A stretch of 64,000 nucleotides of DNA, taken from assembly GCA_951406725.2 (NCBI GenBank), contig OX597816.1:143344001-143408000 (forward strand), read 5' to 3'. The position numbers and the translations under genes were made by a program. This DNA is from Octopus vulgaris (lineage: Eukaryota). The notes under the pieces are model-generated. The model saw only the letters and a program-made list of their open reading frames with translations, was not told the DNA's origin and did not search any database. Numbering within the stretch: the stretch's first letter is position 1; every line of letters starts with the position of its first letter. Of this stretch, positions 41,805 through 55,900 are shown one piece after another.

Positions 41805-42173
41805 TCACTTCTTTTTGTCAGAAGCTTTGTTGACTTTCATAGCAGACTTGGTGACTTTACTTGTTGTATCAGCATGTTCAACACTTTTAATAACACCAAC
41901 AGCAACAGTTTGCCTCATATCACGGACAGCAAATCTTCCTAGAGGTGGGAATTCATTGAAGGTCTCCACACACATAGGTTTAGTTGGCGTAAGTGTTACA
42001 ATAGCTGCATCACCACTTTTGATGGCTTTTGGCGAATCTTCCAACTTTTTACCAGAACGTCTGTCAATTTTCTCCTTAAGCTCAGTAAATTTGCAAGCAA
42101 TATGTGCAGTGTGACAATCCAATACTGGACTGTATCCAGCTCCAATTTGTCCAGGGTGGTTAATGACAATAAC
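41805..42173 (-). CDS. EEF1A: Elongation factor 1-alpha, last coding exon
   Basis: cag| acceptor. [29 protein letters not shown]...[21 protein letters not shown]...DKKK*. Confidence 0.98.
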   Translation of the reverse strand, partial: VIVINHPGQIGAGYSPVLDCHTAHIACKFTELKEKIDRRSGKKLEDSPKAIKSGDAAIVTLTPTKPMCVETFNEFPPLGRFAVRDMRQTVAVGVIKSVEHADTTSKVTKSAMKVNKASDKKK

Positions 42174-42279
42174 CTGTAAGGAGAATGATAAGTTACATGA
42201 GAGAATAGAATATACTCAGAGAAAAATTAAACACAATCACGTTCAACTTAAGACGAGCTCATAAATGCTTGTTACATAC

Positions 42280-42444
42280 CTGGGCATCAAAGCACTTCGT
42301 TTCCTTAGGAGGGTCGTTCTTGCTGTCACCAGCCACATACCCACGACGAAGATCCTTTACAGATACGTTCTTAACGTTAAAACCAACGTTGTCTCCTGGG
42401 TTAGCTTCTGGAAGTGACTCGTGGTGCATCTCTACAGACTTCAC
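42280..42444 (-). CDS. EEF1A: eEF1A coding exon 4
   Basis: tag|VKSVEMHHE...[13 protein letters not shown]...FDAQ|gtatgt. 165 nt. Confidence 0.98.
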
Positions 42445-42539
42445 CTAAGCAAAACATACAAATTAAATCAAATGTAAGTAAAATTCTATAAGCAACAAGT
42501 CCAAGCAAAAAATACAGTTAACAATAAAAATCAACTAAC

Positions 42540-43386
<847 letters not shown>

Positions 43387-43485
43387 TTATTCAGTCCAAA
43401 GCAAAAACTTGTGGCAAAGTTAAGAGCTACTTATGTTTCAACAAATTTAAATATGGCGGCTTGCGCCACGCAGGCTAAAATCTTA

Positions 43486-43713
<228 letters not shown>

Positions 43714-44606
43714 TTAGAAGTGAACAGATGAAACTAAAAAAGAAAAAAGTTGATACAAGAGAATGGTTATAGAAACTACAAAATCCAAAATAAAGCAAGA
43801 TAAACGACTATAACCTGAATTCAATTGCAAAATCTAGCGGTACTGTAGCTGTAAAACGTTCTCCCGGATGAAAATTAAACACTCGCTAATATCTAAGAAC
43901 CGTTGTACTAGTACTATTCAACATTTTATAAAAAGTGTTATATGCACGGGAATGCAAAAGCACTTTAATCAATAGACGTAATGACGGCAAATCACATATT
44001 AAGGAATCGGTGCTTTCAAAATGATACTAGAACCGTGATCATTGACAAATATATTCCATACCAAATACAAAAATGTTACACGAAGTGATTCAGACACCCG
44101 GTAAGGATAAGATTCTTTATATCTACGAAGTATAGGAAGAAACCACCACAGTAAGATATAGTTACATGCGCATTAACATTAACTTATACCACGTGGTCTA
44201 TAGACATAGATGTGTATGTATGCGTAGCCATTTTTAGAACATTGAATATGCAGTCTTTTAAACATTCAAATATAGATTATCGACATAAAGACGAAATATA
44301 CACATTTTCTAAATTATGTTGTGTAAATACAAGCGATACGGAATAATAATATAGAATAAATATGACAGCCGACCTTCCTAAATGGTGCACAATAATTTTT
44401 TTTTCTTCTTCATGAATAGTGTCTCTGCGATAATAGTTTTCCGTAATTACAAAAAAAATACTCGAAAATATACTTATCGACACGAAATATTTTGTCGGTA
44501 GATAGTAATATACCTGTAGTACAGGTGAAAAGTCATAGAAAATACGGATGGCATTAATTTACGCAGATTTTATGAGATAACTTTAAACATAATTTTTAGT
44601 ACCTAC

Positions 44607-44632
44607 CTCTGAGAGCCGATTGCAGTGAAAAG
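44607..44632 (-). other. EEF1A: eEF1A non-coding exon 1 starting with a 5'TOP-like tract
   Basis: The - strand reads CTTTTCACTGCAATCGGCTCTCAGAG|gtaggt and starts 31 nt downstream of TATATATA. eEF1A mRNAs are classical TOP mRNAs. Confidence 0.75.
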
Positions 44633-44909
44633 GGCTGAGTATGGAGATCACGTGATATATATACCACAAGGGGGAGGAACGTGGAATTGACGTCATAACT
44701 TTCCTTCCCATAATGTTAATTAATTTCCGGTAGGGAAATAAGAAGTTAATAAAATAATTTTTATAATTAAATTTAAAATCTATAGTCTTAATATTTAAAT
44801 TTAAGTATTAAACATTTTTTAAAGCTATTATTTTTTTGTATTTGACTTGACAATTGAAAATTGTTTATCTACTGAAATTCTACATGGACTTTCTTTTCAT
44901 GTATTCAAG
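44633..44909. promoter_or_regulatory. Shared bidirectional promoter region, eEF1A / MRPS14
   Basis: TATA at 44655-44663 (- strand), palindromic E-box ATCACGTGAT at 44647-44656, CRE TGACGTCA at 44688-44695, ETS-like TTCCGG at about 44725. It lies between divergent first exons. Confidence 0.7.
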
Positions 44910-44966
44910 ATGGCATCTCTTAAAATTGGAATAAATTGTCTGTCTGCCAGAATTTGTGGTTATGGG
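44910..44966 (+). CDS. MRPS14: MRPS14 coding exon 1 (mitochondrial targeting region)
   Basis: AAGATGGC start. MASLKIGINCLSARICGYG|gtaagc. Phase 0, matching the next exon; no acidic residues. Confidence 0.78.
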
Positions 44967-47900
44967 GTAAGCAAAGTTTCGTAATAAAATATTTCCTACC
45001 TAATTTTAGTTTAAATATTTATTTCGATTGCTGAAGAAGTCGTTAAAATTTTGTAGTTTACCCTAAGCTTTTCTGAGGTTGCTGTTTATAAAAAAAAACT
45101 TCTTGCTAATATTAAGGATAACCAAATACTTATTATCGGTGGTTTAGTGGACATTATGTTAAACCTGTTTAAATTTAACTCGCCGAAATCCTACTTTATT
45201 CATAAAAAAATATAACCTGTTCCACATTATTACAAAAAAGAAATATACTCGTAATTTTGTGAGTGATATATCATCCATCTAAATTAAAGGTTTATACTGT
45301 TAGCGTAATTGCTCATAAATTAATGACCTTCAACAATAAATATCTAGGGTGTATTTCTTTTATTTTAAAGTTGATGTATTAACGATTAAAAAGACCAAAA
45401 GCTGCAATATAATTGTAGCAATGAGTTTATATTTATATACAACACTAATGACAGCAGGCCTTGTTATACTGGAAGGTTTCCTGTAATACTATAAGAACAA
45501 AATCTAGGAATTTTAAATGTTTCATTTGCAATGATGCGTCTTTATTTTCATATCTAACACTTATTGAATTGTAAATAAATTTCCGGAGGTAATAAAAAAA
45601 TTGTTGGAATTTATATTACACGATTACAAGAAATGTTTAATATATCCCCTAATCGGTCTAGTTATTCAGAATATTTCTTTGGGAAGTTGAGTCACCCACG
45701 TAGTTTCTTTTCAAACAAGTTATCAAACCTGGCCAATCCTTAAAAGATAATCTTTATATTGCAATTTACGTATTATGTGAAAACCTATAGCTTTATTGCC
45801 CAGCCAAACCAAATAAGCATAGTCAAAGACGTTCTAATTGTGACCAACCTGTCCTAATTTCGGACTATATAGGACGACATTATCTGTTGTGCTTCATTTT
45901 TTTTTTAGATAGTAGGGGTGTAATTTGGGGGTAAATTTGGTGCTATAAAGTCGAGTGACCACATTGAGGTTCTAAAATTGACACTATGCTTGGCTTCGTG
46001 AATTGCATGTGAATTTTTTTTCTAACAGTTACAAAAGCTTGGTTAACACTAACTTTCAGTCTAATTACTTTCAGTCAGTTTTACTAATATTCTTCCCCTC
46101 TTGCTTGTGCTTAGATAATTCCTGGAGTTGTCTCTTCCATGACGCAATATTCTTAATTGTAGTTATTTATTCAGCCAATTCCTATTGTTGGTTCTTTTAT
46201 TTCAAGTGTCCATCAGAATATAATATTCGTGTAATCTTTTCAAGTTTTATTGTACATACTTCGACAGCAAAAGACTAATGGATGCTATTAGTAATTTCTA
46301 AGTCCCAGTCTTTGGTGACGTGATAGTTCTAATAGTACTGATAATTAAAAAAGAATGTTTTTCAATATATATGACGAACGAGAGCTTTTAATATCACCGG
46401 CTGATGATTATTCTTCATTGAAGTTGAAGCTAATGTCTAATTTATGTCAACCATCTATTTTCTCATTTGGTATATAGAGACACATTTAATTTTTTTATTT
46501 AGTCCTTAATTTCTTAAGCCCAATGTGTTTAAATTCTCACTTCATATTGAACAGCTAACTTCCTCTCAACTTTAGTTTGGGTTTTTATGATTTTGCTGCC
46601 AAGAAATGTTCCATATTTTAGTCACCTTTCACTTGCAAACTGTTCCTTTTACGGAGAGGTAGTGGGGGGGGGATCAGGAGCAGTTCTTCAAGTTTCTACC
46701 TGTTATAAACTGTTTACCTTTACTGTTATATATTATTCGTGAAACTGTTGCTTGATTCTTATGGAATTTGAATTTTATAGAAATATCGAATCTAATATTT
46801 CTTGAAAAACCGTTAATTTTTTTAGAAATTACAATCGAACATATTGATTTTCATACGCGACGTATGAATTAGTAGTATTAGTGTGATATATTTTAATTAT
46901 GGTGAGTCCCAGACCCCTCCGTAAATATTTGAATATCTTTTTATTCTTTAAGTGAAATGTGTACTTTTGTTTTCTTGGAGACTTCATATCTGTAAAGTTT
47001 ATTGAAGTTTTATTAACTGCATTTAGATAAAAATTGTGTTTGAAGGAAATTTCTCGCCGAATTAAGACGTCACTACTGAAGTCGTGTATGCTGAGTTTAA
47101 TGCACCATTCATTTACCAAAGAACGTGGAACTCTCTTAACAGCTGTCATATATAGTTATTTTAATTTAGAATTTTAGGTATTATTATTCTACATTTTATT
47201 GACTCATATCTTAATATAGTTTTATAAAATCCTTGCTCTGACAAATACCGAGCATTCGATTGAATTTCAAAATTTGGACGTTCTCAATCTTTTAATTCGT
47301 TAGTCTTCAAAAGTAACACATTCAAGGTTGCAGAACATTTCATTACAATTCTTTGGGAAATTAATAATTACATGTAAAGGACACATTAAACTGGAGTGTG
47401 TTTAGTAATTAAAGCAAACTTTTTGTGCATATCTATCTATTGCATACAACTCAGAAAGAATTATAACAGAGAAAATTTGGCTATTGTCTACATTTGGAAT
47501 TCACCGGTTTGATATAATGGAATCAACTCTTATCACAAATTTGGTTCTCTGTTTGGCTTGTTACTTAATCTATAGTACTTACATCACGATAAAATGTGTT
47601 TGATTTTAAGCTAAATATATTCGACATTCTAGTCGAGCTTTAATTTAAATGACAGTTGTTTGAGGATCAAATCATTAGTTCTTTGGGTACTTATTTCCCT
47701 TTGTGGGATCCTTCACAAAGTATATTTTGCCAAGTAATTTGGGGGTCTGCAAAGATGTACTACTGTCACATCTAGGACAGTGCTGTTGCTACGCAGAGAA
47801 GTACAGTGACTATGACCCATTATAGGGCCTTTTAGACTTCTCGGAGGGAGAAAAGTTTCCTTCAAATTAGGGACCTGGCACAAATACTTATAGAATAGAC

Positions 47901-49711
47901 TGCTAAAGGTACCCAAGGTGATATTAGACTGGGTGGTAGATTAAATGCCACTGTGGCATTTCAACATGAAGAGTTGGAGCAAATACTTGGACCGTATCCA
48001 AAGGAAAACAACCCGGTTGATGCTAATCAGCTGGGTTGCTTTTCTTCGCTTATAGTCTTGTTCCTCACCAACAAACTCCATTCTCAGGCTCACTTATGTG
48101 CTGTCTTCTTTCTTTACCACCCCATTGCAGTGATTTCTACAACATATTGTCCACCACATCTGCCACTACGCTTAGTCTTTCTCCCCAGGCCATCAACACC
48201 CTGAATCCCTCTTTGTCCTTTTTCTTCTTGCAGCTATCAGTTTGCAACTATTTGAGAATATTAACTCCTCTGATCTTACCGCATAGCTCCTTTCTTCAGA
48301 CCACTAATTTTGTTTTACTTATAAGATGAAAAGTTGTAGTACTCCCTTTCTGATTATTGGCCAGTGTACTTGACATATGTCATCCACCAGACCCTCAAAA
48401 CACAAATTGCTTAATCCTTTTTAATAATGCCCCACCCTTCAGTATCATAACTTTTGTCTCCTTGCTTTACTGTATAAAGGTGGGTGGGAGGTGATGGTCA
48501 AATCAAAAGAAACCTGTCAATAAAAGAAGATAGATGGATACAAGAACAATACCATATAAAAATATTTAATAAGAAGTTTACATCTGAAATTTAGTAAAAG
48601 ACTTGCTTGAATTATTTTGTGACAATCTGAAGAACAAAGTGTATTCTGACAGTGTAACACTGGGGGAATCATCATCATCGTCGTTTAACGTCCTCTTTCC
48701 ATGCTGGCATGGGTTGGGCGGTTTGACTGAGGGGTGGCAAGCCAGAAGGCTGCACCAGGCTCCAATCTAATCTGGCAATGTTTCTACAGCTGGATGCCCT
48801 CCCTAACGCCAACAACTCCGAGAGTATATTGGGTGCTTTTTACGTGCCACCGGCACGAGGGCCAGTTAGACAGTACTGGCATCGGCCACGCTCAAATGGT
48901 GCTTTTTACATGTCACCAGCACAAGAGCCAGTCAAGCGGCACTGACTACACTTGAATGGTGCTGGAGTCCCTGAAATTTGAAGACGCTGAAAATGTGACT
49001 GTATAGTCTCTAGGATCATATTTGTATGCAGGAAAATAATGTTACATTGTAATATATATATATGTAATGATAATAAATTTCGAGATACTTTTGCAATATG
49101 GTAAGTTAGTGGAGTTGATGTTTTAAATTACATGTTCTCTATAAATCAAAAAGATTTGAAAATCTTGCTAGTATGCCTTAGATCTCTCTCACACACACAC
49201 ATGGCAAAAAAGAGAAAATATAATCAAGATGGTGACAAGAATATATAGGTAGTGAGTAGATTGGATAACTTCTAAAAGAATTGGAAAATATTTCCAGAGA
49301 TAATATCATCAAAATATTTTAAGATCTAAATGTGATGAATTATAATTGAAAAGGTTTCTTGCATATGCAAGGAATTGCTCCACTTTTACTCTGGTTGGTT
49401 GTTTGGAATTACAAACAGACCTAGGAATTATTGTGTCAATTGCATTGGTCTCAGCAATTTACCAATGCTAATTGGTCCAATAGAGTTGGTATGAAATGCT
49501 TTTAAGGTTAAAGGCAAATACCATATAGTAGAAGTAAGCTCTGAGTTGAACCCACTATCTGATTTCAGTTTTATTTGTAAGGTTTTCACATTGCTTACGA
49601 AATATTGTGCTTACACAAGAAATAATTTGTAAATATTGGCTCACTGTCACAAAAATAAGATGTGAAGTTAATTGAATCAATCCAAAAGGATGAAAGACAA
49701 TGTTGACCTTT

Positions 49712-50922
49712 ATCATCATCGTTTAGTGTCTGCTATCCATGCTGGTATAAGTTAGACAGTTTCACTGAAACTGATAAACTGGAGAGCTGCACCAGGTTCC
49801 AGTCTAATTTGGCATGGTTTCTATGGCTGGATGCCCTTCCTAATGCCAACCTCTCCAAGAGTGTAATGGGTCCTTTTGACACTGGCATCAGCCACAAGTA
49901 CAGTTTCACTAGGCTTGATGAGTCTTCTCAATTGCCAAAGGTCTCAGTTACTTGTCATTGCTTCCATGAGGCTCAATCTTCGAAGGGATCTTTTTATGTA
50001 ACACCAACATTGGCCATGACTACAGTTTCTCTTGGCTTGACAAGTCTTCCCAAGCACAGCATATCACCAAAGTCCTCAGTCACTTATCGCCTCTGTGAGG
50101 CCTAGTGTTCAAAGATTATGCTTGACCACCTCGTCCCATGTCTTCCTGGGTCTACCTCTTCCACAGGTTCCCTCCACAGTTAGAAATCAGCACATTTTTA
50201 CAAAGCTGTCCTTGTCCATGTGCATCACATGACCATACCAGCACAGTTGTCTCTCTTGCACACATCTGATGCCTGTTATGCCCAACTTTTCTCTCAAGAC
50301 TCTCACACTGTTGTGCATGCACACTGATATTGCATACTAGCTTCATCACTTTCAAGCTTATGCATGTTTTTTGTGGTCACAGCTCATGTTTCACTGCTGT
50401 ATAGCATGGCTGTTCACACAGGCATCATAATCTTTTCACTCTGAGGGAGAGGCCCTTTACCAACAAAGGTAGGAGCACTGAACTTTGCCCAGCCTATTCT
50501 TATTCTAGCAGGTATGCTCTTGGAGCATCCACCTCCACTACTGATTTGGTCACCTAGATAACAGAAGTTATCAGCTACCTTTAGCTTTTCCCCTGGCATT
50601 TGATGGAGTCTATTTTCTGTACATTTTTAGTGTTTATTGTACCTGCACACCTTCCACACAAAAACTATTTTCCTTGTTAACCTTCCTCTGATATTGCTGC
50701 ACCTCTTATGTGTCCATAGCTTACACCAGGTACATCTTATGGAGTTTCTACCTATGCTTTTTCTACAGATTGAGCTGGGCCATCTACCTGAAGGAATTTG
50801 TGATTTGTCAGCTTTCTGACTTACTAAGACTTTAACTTTTGCTAGAATAACCCTAAGGCTCTTTGATTCCAGACCTTGCTTCCGTACCTGAAATTTCTTC
50901 TCAAGTTCTGGAAGTGAGTTGC
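49712..50922 (-). mobile_element. RTE LINE 3' fragment
   Basis: SLPELEKKFQV...GRWP...CKLWTHKRC, FCYLGDQ and the RTE tail on the - strand. Confidence 0.85.
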
Positions 50923-52264
50923 TGTAAAAATAAAACTCTCTCACATTTAAATATAAAATAGTTCATCAGTTTTGAAGACCGTTAAAATGTAGTAAATAAT
51001 CTTAAAAGCAACTTTTGCATGTAAGAGTTTTTAAAATGGCTACTGTTTCAGTCCTTGGGGAACCCGCTGACAAGCTTGCAAACTGAAGCAAGCTTTGTCC
51101 ATAGACACAATTTTATAAATGTGGTATATATAGTAAAGTTTGAATTCTTGATATAATATAAACAGTTCAGTAGAATTATTTTACCTCACTCTCATATCAT
51201 TTTTAAGAATGGGTATTTTTTTCTCACTAGGACCCTTTCTTTTACTATTGTTGTATGGTAAACAGTTATAATCATCCAACAGCATGACACAACATTGAAC
51301 TTGAACAGCCTTACAACAATTTGTCTCTGATTTTTTTTTTCTTCTAAGTGGCACAAAGCTGAATTGTTTCCATTTAACAAAACTTAAGTCTAATCTGTGA
51401 AAGGAACAAGAATATGACTAAATTGTCATCAGTGTAATACTGGCACTTATTTTATTAATTACCAAAAGACTAAAGGTTAAATTTGAACTTGGAATTGAGA
51501 GAAATACAGTTAAACACTGTAATACATTTAGTTCAGTTCTAAGCTTATACCACTTATATCCTTTGACGCCTTTTCACCTGTCACTCTTATACTCATCATA
51601 TATCCACACTATCTCAGTCTTCTCTTGCACACTGCGACTGATTCCTTTGGTGCCCAGTTTTGTTTTCAGTACACCTGTGATCCATTCAAACTTATCATAT
51701 TACACATCATTTTGCTGCACATGCTCTTGTCTCATTATCATGCAGCATTGACACAAGTATTCTATGATCTGCATTTCATTCAGTACCAGTGGTAATAGTT
51801 CTCTTAAATTTTTCCACTCAGTTTTACTCTGGCTACTATGCTTTCACCACCACTGCTGATGAGTGATGGCCTAAAAAATTCCTGATTAAGACTCTTAGAT
51901 TGGACTTTACATATTTCACCTTACAGACCATGTCATTTAAGTTCCAGCTACATGGAAAAACAGTGTACGGTATGTTCATCTCAAGCATGATAACATTGGA
52001 AAATGTATTCTAAACTAATAATGATTGGAAAGGTAACAATGACAGCTTTCATAAACCCACAAAAGGCTGCTGGCTTTTGACTTACAATTGATAGCTACTA
52101 ATGGATGAGCATACTATTGCTAAGCTGTTAAAAGGAACCCCAGGTCTGTTATGTGCATGTGACATTTTCAAAATTTCAGAAAACACCAAAATCAATACAT
52201 GGGCATATCATATTTTTCCATTTTCATTTTCATAAAAAGAATCTTTTCTGTGATATCTGAAATT

Positions 52265-52960
52265 TTAGGGATATACTACAATGCTCTTCCATCTATCTGG
52301 TAGACTTGCAAGGCCCCTCTTCCAAAATCCAATTGCTGGTGATGACAAATACTCCTCCAGTACTGTTCTGACCTCATCTACAGAATTCATATTTTTTTCT
52401 GTCCAAATGATATTGAAAACTGCTGAATAAATGATAATCAGATGAGGCAATGTCGGGTGAATATAGTGGGTGGGGCATCGTTTCCCATTCAGACTGCTCC
52501 AGCCTTTGGAATGTCACCCTCGCGGTATGTGATCGAGCATCATCCTGATGGAAGAACACCTTTCATCTTGAAACCAAAGATGGTTGTTTTTCTTCTAGTG
52601 CTGGTGTCGATGAATGGTTGAATGACTAAATCCAAGCTTCTCTGCTAGTTTCTGAACAGTTACGAGGGGATTTTGTTCCACCAGGATATATAGGACATCC
52701 TCGACTAGCTCTACATATCTTCCAGGATGAGGCTCGCCTCCTAGGCTGTAGTGTCTGGCTTGGGATTTCTAGAACCACCGTTGACACTGGTTTATGCTTA
52801 TTGTCTGATCCCCATATACTGTATTAATATTCCTCACACTTTCCATTGTGTTGTTGCCTTATTGAACTCATAAAGCTGAATATGCTCCTTTGTCGCTTAC
52901 ATTATAGCTTTGAAAAAATAACTGTTAAAATTGAACTGCACTCTTCAAAACTTGCACTGA
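52265..52960 (-). mobile_element. Degenerate mariner relic
   Basis: FHQDDARSH and HPLYSPDIASSDYHLF motifs. Confidence 0.8.
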
Positions 52961-52979
52961 GAATAAATTGATTTTTTTA

Positions 52980-55900
52980 ATTTCCCACAAGGGGACAACA
53001 TAGAAAGGACAACACAATCTGATTTGGGGTCAGATGAATGAATGGTTATAACATAAATATGGGGCTGAAAATTCACAAAATAAGAAAATATTAAGAAATC
53101 GAATGCTAGGACAGACTGGAAGACATTACGGATGGAATGGGGAGGCAGGTTTAATTTGGACCCCACGAGCCCCACCTCGCCACTGATACCTGAGATACAT
53201 CCTGTGTCGCATTCATGAGGTTACATTCACAAGCAACATCTGTGCTACATTCTTCCATCGATTTTCAAACATTTTCTCTCTAGCCCTATTTTCCTTTTAA
53301 GGTAAAAAGATGAAGTAATTCACCAATTCAGGGGCAGAGATGAAGGTGCCTGACTTTAACCCTTTCAGCCTTGTCTTTCAAATCACCTCTCTCACAATTG
53401 CTACTACAATGAGAAAACAATTTTTACCTTCTTGCGAAAGGAAATCAGGCGGGTCAATTTTTACTATAGACTCAGTCGATATTTGTACTCTTCTTGCACT
53501 TGACAATGGTTTTTCAACATAAACCCACACGTTTGACACCTCAGAACAATAGCATTCAGGATGGTTTCCCTATCTCACTCACATCTTGGACAGGTCAAAG
53601 GGCCGTGGCCACCATGCCTTGTGAGCTTGTCCCGAACAGGTAAGGCTCCTCAGTAACACTGCCATGCCAGAGACTTCTGAAAGTTGTCCATGGTCTTCAG
53701 AACAAACTGGCCAGCTTATTATCGTCAAGACCTAGGGTTTCCCCTAAGGTATCATCACATTCTGCCTCTACCAGCCCTCTATAAAAGAATGCGGTGGAAC
53801 CTCCACTGCAGGCATTGCCCAAGTGACGGAATAGCAGGAGAGCCTTGCGACACTCCATAAACCATGTACCCATCTTCAATAGAACCAGGTTTCCCAATCA
53901 CCAAGACTGGTGAATTTGGGAAACGTTTCGCCAGCGGGAACCACACCCGTTCACCATCCATGTAGAGCCACAGATGCCTCAACCTCAGTACATCAACAGC
54001 CAAGGCATCCCTAGCCCACCCATTAACAGTTGTTGGCAGTAAATAGAGCGTCTCACAAGTGGTTTCAAGCCCTTCCACAAGAAGTGGAAGTGCTGTCTTT
54101 CCAGCTTGATCAACCACAAATCAGGGCAAGGAACGACAAGTGGTAAGTGATGACCTATGCGATGAACACATTGGCTACCTCTGCCCTCCCTTTCAGGGAT
54201 AGCCACCGCCAAGACCAGGTCTTGATTATGTGGATCACCCTGCTTGATACCTTGGCCCAGTTCTTTATTTGGAGGTCTGCTCCAAACAAAACTCCTAGCA
54301 ACTTAATCGGACCCTCCATCCAACATCCCACAACACTGTCAGGAGGCATCAACTTACCTCTCCAGGTGCCAAGCTGCAAGCCAACTGACTTTTCACAATT
54401 AACTTTTGCTCTTGCCACTGTCTCATAAACCTTAATGGCTTTGCCTACCCTCTGTAGGTGATCCATTTCGGTTACGATGATGGAGATGTCATCCATGTAA
54501 GCTGAAACTGACTTTCCACAACCTGGCTGTCTCGAGATGCCGCTCAATTTTCGCAGTAATGGCTTGAGCCATTGTGGGGAGAGCGGACACCCTTGATGAA
54601 CCAAGCATTTTGATGTTGAATGGCTTCTTGTCGAAGCCATTCACCCGAATTACCAAGTCGATGTTGTCATAAACCTGAATGAGCCACTTGAGGAAGCCAA
54701 GACCCAGGCCGAACTATGCCAAAACGGACACCAGGCAGCGATGGTCAACCCTATCAAATGCCTTTGATTGGTCTAAATGGACCAGTGCCCCACCCTTGCC
54801 AGAATCCCTATTAAACCCCTCTAAAGTGTACCGTATAAGATGGAGATTATCCTGGATGGTTCTGCCGGGAACGGCACATGTCTGTGCCTCCCTGATCAGA
54901 CCATCTGCAACACACCAATTTTTTCGATACCACTTTGGCCAAAATCTTCAACTCTGCTAAACGCAGAGTGATGGGCTGAAAATTATCAATGGAATCCCCC
55001 TTGTCCGGGTCCTTTCTGACAAGAATCACCACTCTCCGGTGCACAGATCTGGGAATAAACCCGTTCTGCTGCCAGTTCACATATACATCCGCCAGCCGGT
55101 GCCCGAACAAGTCTGGCATATTCTTATACAACTCATAGGGTAGACCATCCAGTCCTGGCGCCTTACCCATGCCGCAGTCTGCCATAGCCTCAATTACTTC
55201 CTCAGGCGTGACCGGCTCTTCGCAGTACTCTGCGTCCTGCCCTGATAGGCACGGAAGTCTGTTAGGTCCCTCCTACTATCTGGTCTGATGCCCCACCGAA
55301 AAGCTGGGCATAGTGTTCCTGAAAAGCCTCACACATCTCAGGCTCATCTATCAATTTACTTAGTTGGTTCATCAAAGATCGGATTGTGGCATCATTACCA
55401 TGTTGGGCCTCCACCACTTGGGCCCATCCTGTGGCCTTGATTCCCTCACAACCCACTGCACGAAGCCTATCCCTGACAATGCAACCCATGTGTTTGGCTT
55501 CAGGGTGCTGGTTTAATGCCAGTCTCTTGGCCTTCACCTGATCTGCAGAGCCAATTTCATTGCTTCTTCTAAATCCTTAACTAAAGCTGATTCCCTCCTA
55601 GCCTCTCTAGCCACTAAACCTATGCTATATCTAACAGACTCAAATTTAATGGCTCACTTGAGGGCATACCACCATTTATTATTAATAATGGAACCGGTTA
55701 ATGCCCTCTGAATCAACAACTTAATCCAGTCTTTATACTCCTTAATCGCCAAGAGGGACGTATTAAGTTTCCAGTAGCCAGGACCTCTATTATATAGCTT
55801 ATCTATGTCAAGCTTACAGGTGACCATTTTATGATCACTGTAGCTGACTGGGTGAAACTGTGGGCACCTAGCTATATTTCTATCTGCTTTTCTAATTAAT

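Noticed and set aside
41815-42114. Plus-strand 99-aa ORF
   Set aside because: It is the antisense shadow of the eEF1A last exon.
46398-46430. Other CTGATGA hits (about 46401, 51856, 59374) as hammerheads
   Set aside because: No stem II followed by GAAA, and no stem I/III pairing.
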